Of a stretch of 64,000 nt of DNA, positions 29,718 to 37,276 are shown piece after piece. A program made the position numbers and the translations under genes. Position 1 is the stretch's first letter; each line of letters opens with the position of its first letter. The stretch is from contig JBAYFZ010000003.1 of the NCBI GenBank assembly GCA_041666915.1, positions 22,394 through 86,393 on the forward strand, in the 5' to 3' direction. The notes beneath the pieces were generated by a model. That model was not told where the DNA came from. It searched no databases and was given only the letters and a program-made list of their open reading frames with translations. The DNA comes from Minisyncoccota bacterium (GTDB lineage Bacteria; Patescibacteriota; Minisyncoccia; Phycocordibacterales; PALSA-1337).

Positions 29718-30506
29718 TTATTTAGCGTATACGTCCCCGTAATAAATTGGTTGATTGTTTGCATGTTTTTTTTCTATTTCAGATAACAAGTGTTCAGCAT
29801 TAAGCCAATACAGTGATGCCATTTTAGAGTCTGCTGCAATTACAAAATTGAATTCCGTAAAACCTATTGACTGTAATTTAGATACACATCGCTCGGTGTG
29901 CTGTTTGTCGTCAGTGTGGAATTCAAAATTTATAAGCGGGATTTTTTTTGATAAACCTGATAGTACTTCATACTCAAATCCCTCAACGTCTATTTTGCAA
30001 AAATATGGTATGCCATATTTGGAGATAAGTTTGTCTAACGTTGTTATCTTAACTTTTTCGGTTTTCTCGAATGTGTGATATTTTGTTCCTTGTTGCCATG
30101 TCTTGATAAAACTAGAAAACCCTGGATATTTCGTAGAAATGTTGATTTCAGCCTCACCATCTTCTTTGCCAATACCACATCGCTCAACCGCCACATTTTT
30201 ATTATTTGTATATTTTATTCTGAGGCGGTTGGCCAAATCAGATTGTGGTTCTACTGCAATAACCTTGCATCCTAATTTTAAAAATAGATTAGTTTTGTCA
30301 CCAATATTGGCTCCGATATCAAAAATAAGTTTATTTTTGCCGATGTATTTGTTGTAAAATATAAGTTGCTTCCTATCCGATTCCAAGTCTTTTAATGATT
30401 TGATTACCGTCAAGTTTATAAATTTACCAGTCAGATATTGTCTTAGTATTTTTATACTTTCTGAATATGGTCGTTCAAATAATATTTTTTTAATTTTATT
30501 TTTCAT
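29718..30506 (-). CDS. FkbM-family methyltransferase
   Basis: IFDIGANIGDKTNLF ... CKIDVEGFE. Confidence 0.7.
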   Translation of the reverse strand: MKNKIKKILFERPYSESIKILRQYLTGKFINLTVIKSLKDLESDRKQLIFYNKYIGKNKLIFDIGANIGDKTNLFLKLGCKVIAVEPQSDLANRLRIKYTNNKNVAVERCGIGKEDGEAEINISTKYPGFSSFIKTWQQGTKYHTFEKTEKVKITTLDKLISKYGIPYFCKIDVEGFEYEVLSGLSKKIPLINFEFHTDDKQHTERCVSKLQSIGFTEFNFVIAADSKMASLYWLNAEHLLSEIEKKHANNQPIYYGDVYAK

Positions 30507-31776
30507 TTTGTGTGATTGGTTGAGTCTCGTATTTTAAAATAGTGGCTATTTTACCCCAATGATTATCTCCGAATATTGCTTGTCTTGGATTGTTTTTATT
30601 TGTAATTTCAAAATTGATGTCTTTGACTATATCTACACCACTCTTACCCTCATTGAAATGTTTGAAGCTTATTACTACAGAAATATTGCCAATTTGAAAT
30701 AGGGAACTCGGTATTTCAACTCGAGTTTTATATTTTCCTACTTCATAATCGCGATGTTTTCCATTGGCATCTCCTTCTGTAGATACTAATATCAAATCAC
30801 CATGATAATAGAAGTGAAGTACAATAAGTTTATTTTCTAATTTTTTTCTAACATCTAATTCTATCTCTATAAAAAACTTTTCTCCAACGGGTATTTGAGT
30901 CTGAGATTGATTGTCTTTGTCTAATATAACCACTCTTGTGATCTGTCCCTCGGGATTATTGTTGATAGGATATTCTGTAATAGAATCAAGAGTTCTTTCT
31001 GATTGTAGATAGTAGTTGATAACTTCTGAGGTTTTGCCAAATTTAATAAGCTCACCTTTTTTAAGTAAAACAGTTTTGGTACACAATCTTTCAATCGCAT
31101 CTAAATTATGGCTCACGAAAATGATCGTCCTTCCATCCTGATGCGTTACCTCCTCTATCTTACCCAAACATTTCTTTTGGAATTCGGCGTCACCAACGGC
31201 CAAGACTTCGTCAATGATCAAAATATCTGGTTCCATGTGGGCGGCAACGGAGAAGGCGAGGCGAACGTACATGCCACTGGAGTAATATTTTACGGGTGTA
31301 TCCAAGAATTTTTCAATGCCAGCAAATCCGACGATTTGATCAAATTTCTTGGCTATTTCTTTTTGGGTCATACCTAGAATGGCACCGTTGAGAAAAATAT
31401 TCTCGCGGCCGGTAAGTTCTGGATGGAAACCGGTTCCAACTTCTAGGAGACTACCGACTTTACCACGAAGGATTATTTCTCCTTCGGTTGGTGGGGTGAT
31501 TTGAGAAAGAATTTTCAAAAGAGTTGATTTGCCGGCACCATTTTTACCGATGATACCTATAACCTCGCCTTTATTTACGGTGAAGTTAACATCTTTGAGT
31601 GCCCAGAAATCTTCTTTCTTTTCTAAACCAGCAACTGATTTGGCTTTTGTTTTTAGATAAGAAAGAGGTTGCTTGATTATATTCATCATGACGTCACGCA
31701 AAGCAATATAACCACCACGCTCATGGTTTATCTTATATTTTTTACTTATATTTCTTACTTCAATGATAGGTTCCAT
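30496..31776 (-). CDS. wzt: Polysaccharide ABC exporter ATP-binding protein (Wzt/TagH type) with a C-terminal carbohydrate-binding domain
   Basis: Walker A GIIGKNGAGKSTLLKIL, the ABC signature YSSGMYVRLAF, Walker B ILIIDEVLAVGD. There is an extra beta-rich domain of about 150 aa, as in Wzt_C. Confidence 0.8.
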   Translation of the reverse strand: MEPIIEVRNISKKYKINHERGGYIALRDVMMNIIKQPLSYLKTKAKSVAGLEKKEDFWALKDVNFTVNKGEVIGIIGKNGAGKSTLLKILSQITPPTEGEIILRGKVGSLLEVGTGFHPELTGRENIFLNGAILGMTQKEIAKKFDQIVGFAGIEKFLDTPVKYYSSGMYVRLAFSVAAHMEPDILIIDEVLAVGDAEFQKKCLGKIEEVTHQDGRTIIFVSHNLDAIERLCTKTVLLKKGELIKFGKTSEVINYYLQSERTLDSITEYPINNNPEGQITRVVILDKDNQSQTQIPVGEKFFIEIELDVRKKLENKLIVLHFYYHGDLILVSTEGDANGKHRDYEVGKYKTRVEIPSSLFQIGNISVVISFKHFNEGKSGVDIVKDINFEITNKNNPRQAIFGDNHWGKIATILKYETQPITQNEK

Positions 31777-31784
31777 ATATTTTT

Positions 31785-32633
31785 TTAAACAATATCTGCG
31801 AAATATCTTTCAACTTTCTTGAAAACATAAATTCCTACGAATAAAAGTATTACACAAGCAATGAATGAAATACCCAATAACATCCAGTTGATGGGTGCTG
31901 TACCGAGTAAGGCTGCACGAGCATTTTGGATGACTCCCATCATTGGGTTTAGAGCTAAAATTGTTGAATATTTGCCAGCAATACTAGCGGGGTAAATAAC
32001 TGGCGTTACAAACATAAGAATTTGGATGAAAAAGGGAAGGGCGTATCTAACGTCGCGGTATTTGACGTTGATAGCGGCTAGGAATAGTCCGCCACCAACT
32101 GATGCCATGAAAGTGATAATAAGTAGTAGTGGAACAATGAAAAGACCGGCTAGATGAGGAACGTACCCATAGTAGAACATCAGGCCAATCAATATTACTG
32201 AAGCAATAATAAAATCAACCAGCTTTGTCATAACTGAAGAAATGGGGAGGATGAGTCTTGGAAAATAAACTTTGGTGATGATGGCTTGATTGGTTACTAA
32301 AGTAGTACTTGTTTCGGAAAGAGCACCGGAGAAGAATTGCCAAAATAGAAGTCCGACATAAACGAATATAGGGTAGGGTACTCCGTCAGAAGGGATTTTT
32401 GCTAGTCCACCGAAGAAGACTGAAAAGATAACCATTGTTACGAATGGTTGGAAAATAGCCCAAGCAACACCGATAGCAGTTTGTTTGTATCGGACTTTGA
32501 GATCTCTCCAAGTAAAGAAATAAAGTAATTCACGATACTGCCACAGCTCTTTTAGATCAGAGAAATGGAATAATTTTTTTGGTCTTATGACTGTAATTGA
32601 AGAATTCGTTGTCATGGTTTTAGATTTTACCAT
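31785..32633 (-). CDS. wzm: Polysaccharide ABC exporter permease (ABC-2, Wzm type)
   Basis: 282 aa with 6 TM segments and an N-terminal ...LKELWQYRELLYFFTWRDLKVRYKQT motif. It sits immediately upstream of wzt with a start/stop overlap. Confidence 0.75.
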   Translation of the reverse strand: MVKSKTMTTNSSITVIRPKKLFHFSDLKELWQYRELLYFFTWRDLKVRYKQTAIGVAWAIFQPFVTMVIFSVFFGGLAKIPSDGVPYPIFVYVGLLFWQFFSGALSETSTTLVTNQAIITKVYFPRLILPISSVMTKLVDFIIASVILIGLMFYYGYVPHLAGLFIVPLLLIITFMASVGGGLFLAAINVKYRDVRYALPFFIQILMFVTPVIYPASIAGKYSTILALNPMMGVIQNARAALLGTAPINWMLLGISFIACVILLFVGIYVFKKVERYFADIV

Positions 32634-32875
32634 TTGTTTATCTTATTAACGACTTTCTTTTTTAGTGAAAGATAAGACTTCACAGCTTCTTGTTCTATTT
32701 CGGGGGAGAGGACACGTAGGATTTCTTTGCCAAGGATGCGGTACTGTCCACCAACTTTATTGGCACGGAGCAAACCTTTTTTTAGAAGGCGTTTGACCGT
32801 ACTTTCACTGATCCTCAAAATGTCTTGAGTCTCAGAGGTTGTATATACACTGTTTGGTTTGATTTCTTCTGCCAT
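32627..32875 (-). CDS. Small HTH DNA-binding protein (Xis/HTH_17-type, MerR superfamily)
   Basis: 82 aa. ...TSETQDILRISESTVKRLLKKGLLRANKVGGQYRI fits the HTH_17 pattern. It overlaps the wzm start by 7 bp and is the first gene of the minus-strand operon. Confidence 0.55.
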   Translation of the reverse strand: MAEEIKPNSVYTTSETQDILRISESTVKRLLKKGLLRANKVGGQYRILGKEILRVLSPEIEQEAVKSYLSLKKKVVNKINKW

Positions 32876-32883
32876 AAGGTCAT

Positions 32884-33110
32884 TTTAGCTGAAGTGTCAA
32901 ATGGTGTCAAATAGGGTCAAAGACACATCAGAACATTCCTTTTGAAAGCCGAGAATCTGTCTGAGCGCAGTTTTAGTTTCTTAGTAAAATGCGAATGTCC
33001 TTGGAATTACGAGAGGACGATTAGTCCTCCGTAATTCCTGAGCAGTTTACTTAGAAAGTAAACGGAGCGAGTCTCGCAGGCTTTCAAAAGGAATGTTCTG
33101 ACGTGTCTTT
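32884..33110. promoter_or_regulatory. Three direct GTCAAA-type repeats followed by a 202-bp nested palindromic element bounded by 32-bp inverted repeats (31/32 match); a MITE-like element or a structured leader/operator
   Basis: Direct repeats TGTCAAAT(G/A)G at 32884-32914. Inverted arms are 32909-32940 and 33079-33110. Inside are a perfect hairpin at 33003-33038 (ggaattacgagagga...tcctccgtaattcc) and a second hairpin at 33045-33063. The element lies in the divergent region between the HTH gene and the ligase-like gene. Confidence 0.5.
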
Positions 33111-33139
33111 GGGGGTTCAACATTGAAATCCGTACTGGT

Positions 33140-35401
33140 ATGATGTACGATACCCTTACTTTTACTAATATCAATTTACTCAAAAATATGCCCCTCAAGA
33201 AAATAGTTCATGGTATAACGGTCGCTTCTTTATTCCTTTTGCCGCTTTTTGCTCTATTTCCAATACCTCATACTCCGTTTGAAGTATCTAACCTTTTCTT
33301 TTTCCCATTCATTACCGGTAAAGCTTTCTATTTCAGATTGATGGTTGAGGTCGCTTTCGCAGGATGGCTTATCTTAACTTTTATTGATGCAAAATATAGA
33401 CCAAAATTAACACCACTTACTATTGGTGTAACTTTGTTTACCGTTATCGCTTTTCTTGCGGATATTCTCGGGGTCAATCCTCTTCGCAGTCTTTGGTCAA
33501 ACTTTGAACGTATGGAAGGTTGGATAACAATAGTTCATTTGTGGGCATTGTTCATGGTAACTACAAATGTCTTTGGTTCTGGAGAAGAAGGTAAGAGAAT
33601 GTGGCATCGTTGGTTGAATATGTCTCTTGCTGTTGCTTTGGTCACTGCCTTTTATGGATTGGCTCAATATTTTGGTTGGGCAGAGATTCACCAAGGTAGT
33701 ACACGTTTGGACGCTTCTCTTGGTAACTCAGCATATATGGCAGTTTATATGCTGATCCATGCTTTCATCGCTGCTTATATGTATTTTGTTGCTAAGGCAA
33801 AAAAGATTGTCAATGCTGATTTTTTGAAATGGTTTTATCCTATAATTTCTTTATTGTTTGCTTTCCTTGTATTCCAAACACAGACTCGCGGTACTATTCT
33901 AGGACTCATCGGAGGAATTCTCTTGGCTCTTGGTCTATATGCTTTGCTCGCCAAAAATGAATCAAGTAAATCTCGCGGTATTGCGGTAGGAGTTATAGCT
34001 GTCATCATCTTGATCGGTGTTATCTTCTGGACGAATCGCAATTCTTCTTTTGTTCAAAATAGTCAATTGCTCAATCGTATGGCTAGTATTTCTTGGTCAG
34101 AAGCCAAGGGTCAAGCTCGTAATTACATTTGGCCATTAGCTATAAAAGGTGCAATGGAAAGACCAATTCTCGGTTGGGGACAAGAAAACTTCAACTATAT
34201 ATTCAATGCCAATTACAATCCGGCAATGTACACCCAGGAACAATGGTTTGACCGTGCTCACAGTGTGTTCATAGATTGGTTGGTTGCAGGTGGTTTTGTA
34301 GGTGTTATTGCATATCTTGCATTGTATGTACTATTACTTATGGCAGTCTGGAAATCTTCCATGACCATTGCAGAAAAGAGTGTTCTTACAGGACTTACGG
34401 CTGGATATTTTATCCACAATATCTTCGTCTTTGATAACTTGGCTAGTTACGTTCTATTCTTTACTGTTTTAGGTTTTGCCAATTCACAAACTAGAAGTGA
34501 ACATCGTACATTATTTGGTAAAAATACAGTTAGCAAAGATGCTGTTGAATATGTAGTCGCTCCGATAGTTATAGTTTGTCTGGTTGGTGTATTGTATTTC
34601 TTCCAATATCGTTTGGTACAAGCCAATACACGTCTTATTACTGCTCTGGTTTCTTGTTCAGGAAGCGGTCAGCCAGATGCGACTTTGTATGAGAAAGCTT
34701 TGGATGTAAATGTTTACGGTGCCAACCAAGAGATTCGCGAGCAGATACTTAGTTGTGCTGGTAGAGTTATTCCTTCTCAACAACTTGCAGGTCCTATCCG
34801 ACAAGCTTTCTTTTCTACAGCAATGAATGAGATCCAAGCTCAGATAAAAGCTACTCCTAAAGATACTCGTATTTATACTTTAGGTGGTTCATTCTTGAAT
34901 AGTATAGGACAATTCAATGAAGCTTTACCTCTTCTTGAAAAAGCTCATGAATTATCACCAGCAAAGCAATCAATCTCCTTTGAGTTGGCAACTGATTATT
35001 TGAATCTTGAAAAAGCCGATAAAGCTGTCATCTTACTAAAGCAGGTTTATGAAACCACTCCAGATTTTTATCAAGCAAAATCTTCTTATGCTACAGCCTT
35101 GGTTCTTTCTGGAAAAGAGACAGAGGCTAGAAAGATATTTAGCGATGATTTGGGAATCTTCAACACCGCTCAGATGGCAAAGGCTTTTGTGATGCTCAAA
35201 CAATATTCCAAAGCTATTACAATATATAGAGGTTTGATAAAGGCTAATCCAAAAGATGTAGATCTCCGTGCTCAATTGGCCCAGATACAATATATGGCAG
35301 GTCAGATTTATGAAGCAGTTGCAACTTTGCGTGATATAGAAAAGAGTAATCCAGAATTGAAAGCTCAAATTGACGCTACTATAAAGCAGATACAAAAATA
35401 G
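33140..35401 (+). CDS. O-antigen ligase/polymerase-like membrane protein (Wzy_C-type) with C-terminal TPR repeats
   Basis: An N-terminal domain of about 470 aa has more than 10 TM helices and a large periplasmic loop. The C-terminal 250 aa are TPR-like (YEKALDVN..., AKSSYATALVLSGKETEARKIF...). Confidence 0.6.
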   Translation: MMYDTLTFTNINLLKNMPLKKIVHGITVASLFLLPLFALFPIPHTPFEVSNLFFFPFITGKAFYFRLMVEVAFAGWLILTFIDAKYRPKLTPLTIGVTLFTVIAFLADILGVNPLRSLWSNFERMEGWITIVHLWALFMVTTNVFGSGEEGKRMWHRWLNMSLAVALVTAFYGLAQYFGWAEIHQGSTRLDASLGNSAYMAVYMLIHAFIAAYMYFVAKAKKIVNADFLKWFYPIISLLFAFLVFQTQTRGTILGLIGGILLALGLYALLAKNESSKSRGIAVGVIAVIILIGVIFWTNRNSSFVQNSQLLNRMASISWSEAKGQARNYIWPLAIKGAMERPILGWGQENFNYIFNANYNPAMYTQEQWFDRAHSVFIDWLVAGGFVGVIAYLALYVLLLMAVWKSSMTIAEKSVLTGLTAGYFIHNIFVFDNLASYVLFFTVLGFANSQTRSEHRTLFGKNTVSKDAVEYVVAPIVIVCLVGVLYFFQYRLVQANTRLITALVSCSGSGQPDATLYEKALDVNVYGANQEIREQILSCAGRVIPSQQLAGPIRQAFFSTAMNEIQAQIKATPKDTRIYTLGGSFLNSIGQFNEALPLLEKAHELSPAKQSISFELATDYLNLEKADKAVILLKQVYETTPDFYQAKSSYATALVLSGKETEARKIFSDDLGIFNTAQMAKAFVMLKQYSKAITIYRGLIKANPKDVDLRAQLAQIQYMAGQIYEAVATLRDIEKSNPELKAQIDATIKQIQK

Positions 35402-35537
35402 GGGAAAAGGGTGCCCGCACTTCGAAGTTCCGTCAGGAACGAAGAAGTGGGGATAACTTGTTGAAAACTCTAAAATAGTGTGGTAGTATACCAATGTGTG
35501 AAGTACGGTGTGAGATCTCCTATATAAATGTTTCGCA

Positions 35538-35563
35538 AAGTCCCGCCTCGGCGGGCTTTTGCG
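35538..35563 (+). terminator. Candidate rho-independent terminator
   Basis: GC stem cccgcc-tc-ggcggg followed by cttttgcg, about 135 nt downstream of the 33140-35401 stop. Confidence 0.35.
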
Positions 35564-35581
35564 TTGTGGAGAGGTGGGGTT

Positions 35582-35621
35582 TTTACGGAAGCGAGGCTTC
35601 CGGAGGTGTAACCTCCGTAAA
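35582..35621. repeat. REP-like palindrome (composite: outer TTTACGGA...TCCGTAAA enclosing the 23-bp REP core)
   Basis: tttacggaagcgaggcttccggaggtgtaacctccgtaaa. The core recurs at least 7 more times in the window. Confidence 0.7.
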
Positions 35622-35772
35622 TTTTGCGTTCGCAGTAGCTTTTAAGTTATAATACTTGAGGATTGTACCAAGTGACGGCGACGGTTGTACTCACATAATT
35701 CTAAACATTTTATTTGGAGCTCGCACCCGTCGCCATCATTGGGCGCAAAATTAGTGCACAACTTAAATATTC

Positions 35773-36822
35773 ATGACTATTCAGGAAAACATTCCGCTTG
35801 CACAGTATACAACGTTCAAAATTGGCGGATTAGCTAGATATTTTTGTGTGGTTACAAATGAGACAGAACTTATTGAAGCTGTAAAATTTGCTAAAAGTAA
35901 AAAGTTGCACGTATTTATTTTGGGTGGAGGTTCAAATTTGTTGATTTCAGATGAAGGTTTTCGTGGTTTGGTTATAAAGATAGAAAATCGTGGCATTTCT
36001 TACGTAAATAATATGGTTACAGCATTTGCTGGTGAGATCTGGGATGAATTTGTTGCAAATACAGTCAGTCGTGGTTTTGGCGGTTTAGAAAATCTTTCTG
36101 CTATCCCTGGGACTGTAGGTGCTACCGCTGTACAAAATATTGGAGCTTATGGCTCGGATGTTTCCAGTGTTATTGAATCGGTTAGGGTTTTTGATACTAG
36201 TAATTTGGAATTTGTAGTTTTTTCAAATTCTGATTGCGGTTTTGATTATAGAGATAGTATATTCAAACATCAGAAAGGTCGCTTCATCGTAGTTAGTGTT
36301 ACTTTCAAACTTGAAAAGAATAAGAAAGTAGATATTGGCTACAAGGATTTGGCGGAATATTTTTCTAAAAAAGGCTTTGGTGTAGATAGTTCCGATGTGG
36401 GCAACTCTGGTGCGGATGAAAAAATCCCTTCAATTTTAGAAGTTCGTAATGCGGTTATTGAAATACGTGGTAATAAATTGCCTGATTGGAAAATGTGGGG
36501 GACAGCAGGTTCATTTTTCAAAAATCCGATAATTAAAACTAAACAATATGACGATTTGAAAAAGAAATTTCCAGATTTGCCAGGTTTTGTAGAACCAAAT
36601 GGAATGATTAAGATCCCTCTTGGTTGGATTTTGGATAAGATATGTAATTTTAAGGGACAATTTTTTGGTCACGTTGGTGTCTATGAAAAACAAGCTTTGG
36701 TTATTGTGACCAGGCCTGGTGCAAGTTCTACTGAAGTCGTAGAACTTACTAAAAAAATGCAAGATAAAGTCAAAGAAAAAACTGGTTTGATAATAGAAGC
36801 AGAGGTTGAGTGGGTCAATTGA
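35773..36822 (+). CDS. murB: UDP-N-acetylenolpyruvoylglucosamine reductase
   Basis: N-terminal ...LAQYTTFKIGGLARYFCVV...FILGGGSNLL is the FAD-binding MurB signature. The C-terminal MurB domain is present. Confidence 0.85.
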   Translation: MTIQENIPLAQYTTFKIGGLARYFCVVTNETELIEAVKFAKSKKLHVFILGGGSNLLISDEGFRGLVIKIENRGISYVNNMVTAFAGEIWDEFVANTVSRGFGGLENLSAIPGTVGATAVQNIGAYGSDVSSVIESVRVFDTSNLEFVVFSNSDCGFDYRDSIFKHQKGRFIVVSVTFKLEKNKKVDIGYKDLAEYFSKKGFGVDSSDVGNSGADEKIPSILEVRNAVIEIRGNKLPDWKMWGTAGSFFKNPIIKTKQYDDLKKKFPDLPGFVEPNGMIKIPLGWILDKICNFKGQFFGHVGVYEKQALVIVTRPGASSTEVVELTKKMQDKVKEKTGLIIEAEVEWVN

Positions 36823-36826
36823 TTTT

Positions 36827-37211
36827 GTGTCATTCCCGCGAAGGCGGGAATCCAGGATATTACCAAAACATAACGAATAATATGAATAAGGTATATTATG
36901 TTTATATATTAACAAATGATAAGAATGGTACTTTATATATAGGTGTTACTAATGATCTTAGAAGAAGATTGCATGAACACAAGAATAACCTAGTAAAAGG
37001 ATTTACAGAGAAATATAGTATTCACAAATTAGTTTGGTACGAGTGTACTAATAGTATTGATTCTGCAATACAAAGAGAGAAACAGCTTAAAAAGTGGAAT
37101 CGTAGATGGAAGATTAGATTGATTGAAGAAACTAATCCAATTTGGAAAGATTTATCCAGTAATGATCTATAGTGGTAATATCCTGGATTCCCGCCTTCGC
37201 GGGAATGACAC
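36827..37211. mobile_element. Small GIY-YIG element bounded by perfect 38-bp terminal inverted repeats
   Basis: Left: gtgtcattcccgcgaaggcgggaatccaggatattacc (36827-36864). Right: ggtaatatcctggattcccgccttcgcgggaatgacac (37174-37211). These are exact reverse complements, and each arm is itself a hairpin (ttcccgc/gcgggaa). The element is inserted between the murB stop and secA. Confidence 0.65.
36882..37172 (+). CDS. GIY-YIG nuclease family protein
   Basis: MNKVYYVYILTNDKNGTLYIGVTNDLRRRLHEHKNN...KKWNRRWK has the GIY-YIG core (YVYIL...YIGVT...R...E...N). The track ORF starting at 36810 reads through the left repeat; the internal ATG at 36882 is the more likely start. Confidence 0.75.
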   Translation: MNKVYYVYILTNDKNGTLYIGVTNDLRRRLHEHKNNLVKGFTEKYSIHKLVWYECTNSIDSAIQREKQLKKWNRRWKIRLIEETNPIWKDLSSNDL

Positions 37212-37276
37212 AAGAGGCAGTAATGTAACAAAAAGAAAGCACACAAGGCTCGCCTCACCTCAATAAATGTGATAAA

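Noticed and set aside
35419-35450. Bulged hairpin resembling SRP RNA domain IV (stem / symmetric loop / stem / tetraloop)
   Set aside because: The loop is GUCA, not GNRA. The conserved GGAA/AGCAG SRP motifs are absent. Too little evidence to call 4.5S RNA.
36511-37258. ORFs 36511-36915(-), 36681-36866(-), 37022-37258(-), and the N-terminal extension of 36810-37172(+)
   Set aside because: They run through the 38-bp inverted repeats and the murB 3' end and have no domain. The GIY-YIG ORF most likely starts at the internal ATG at 36882.
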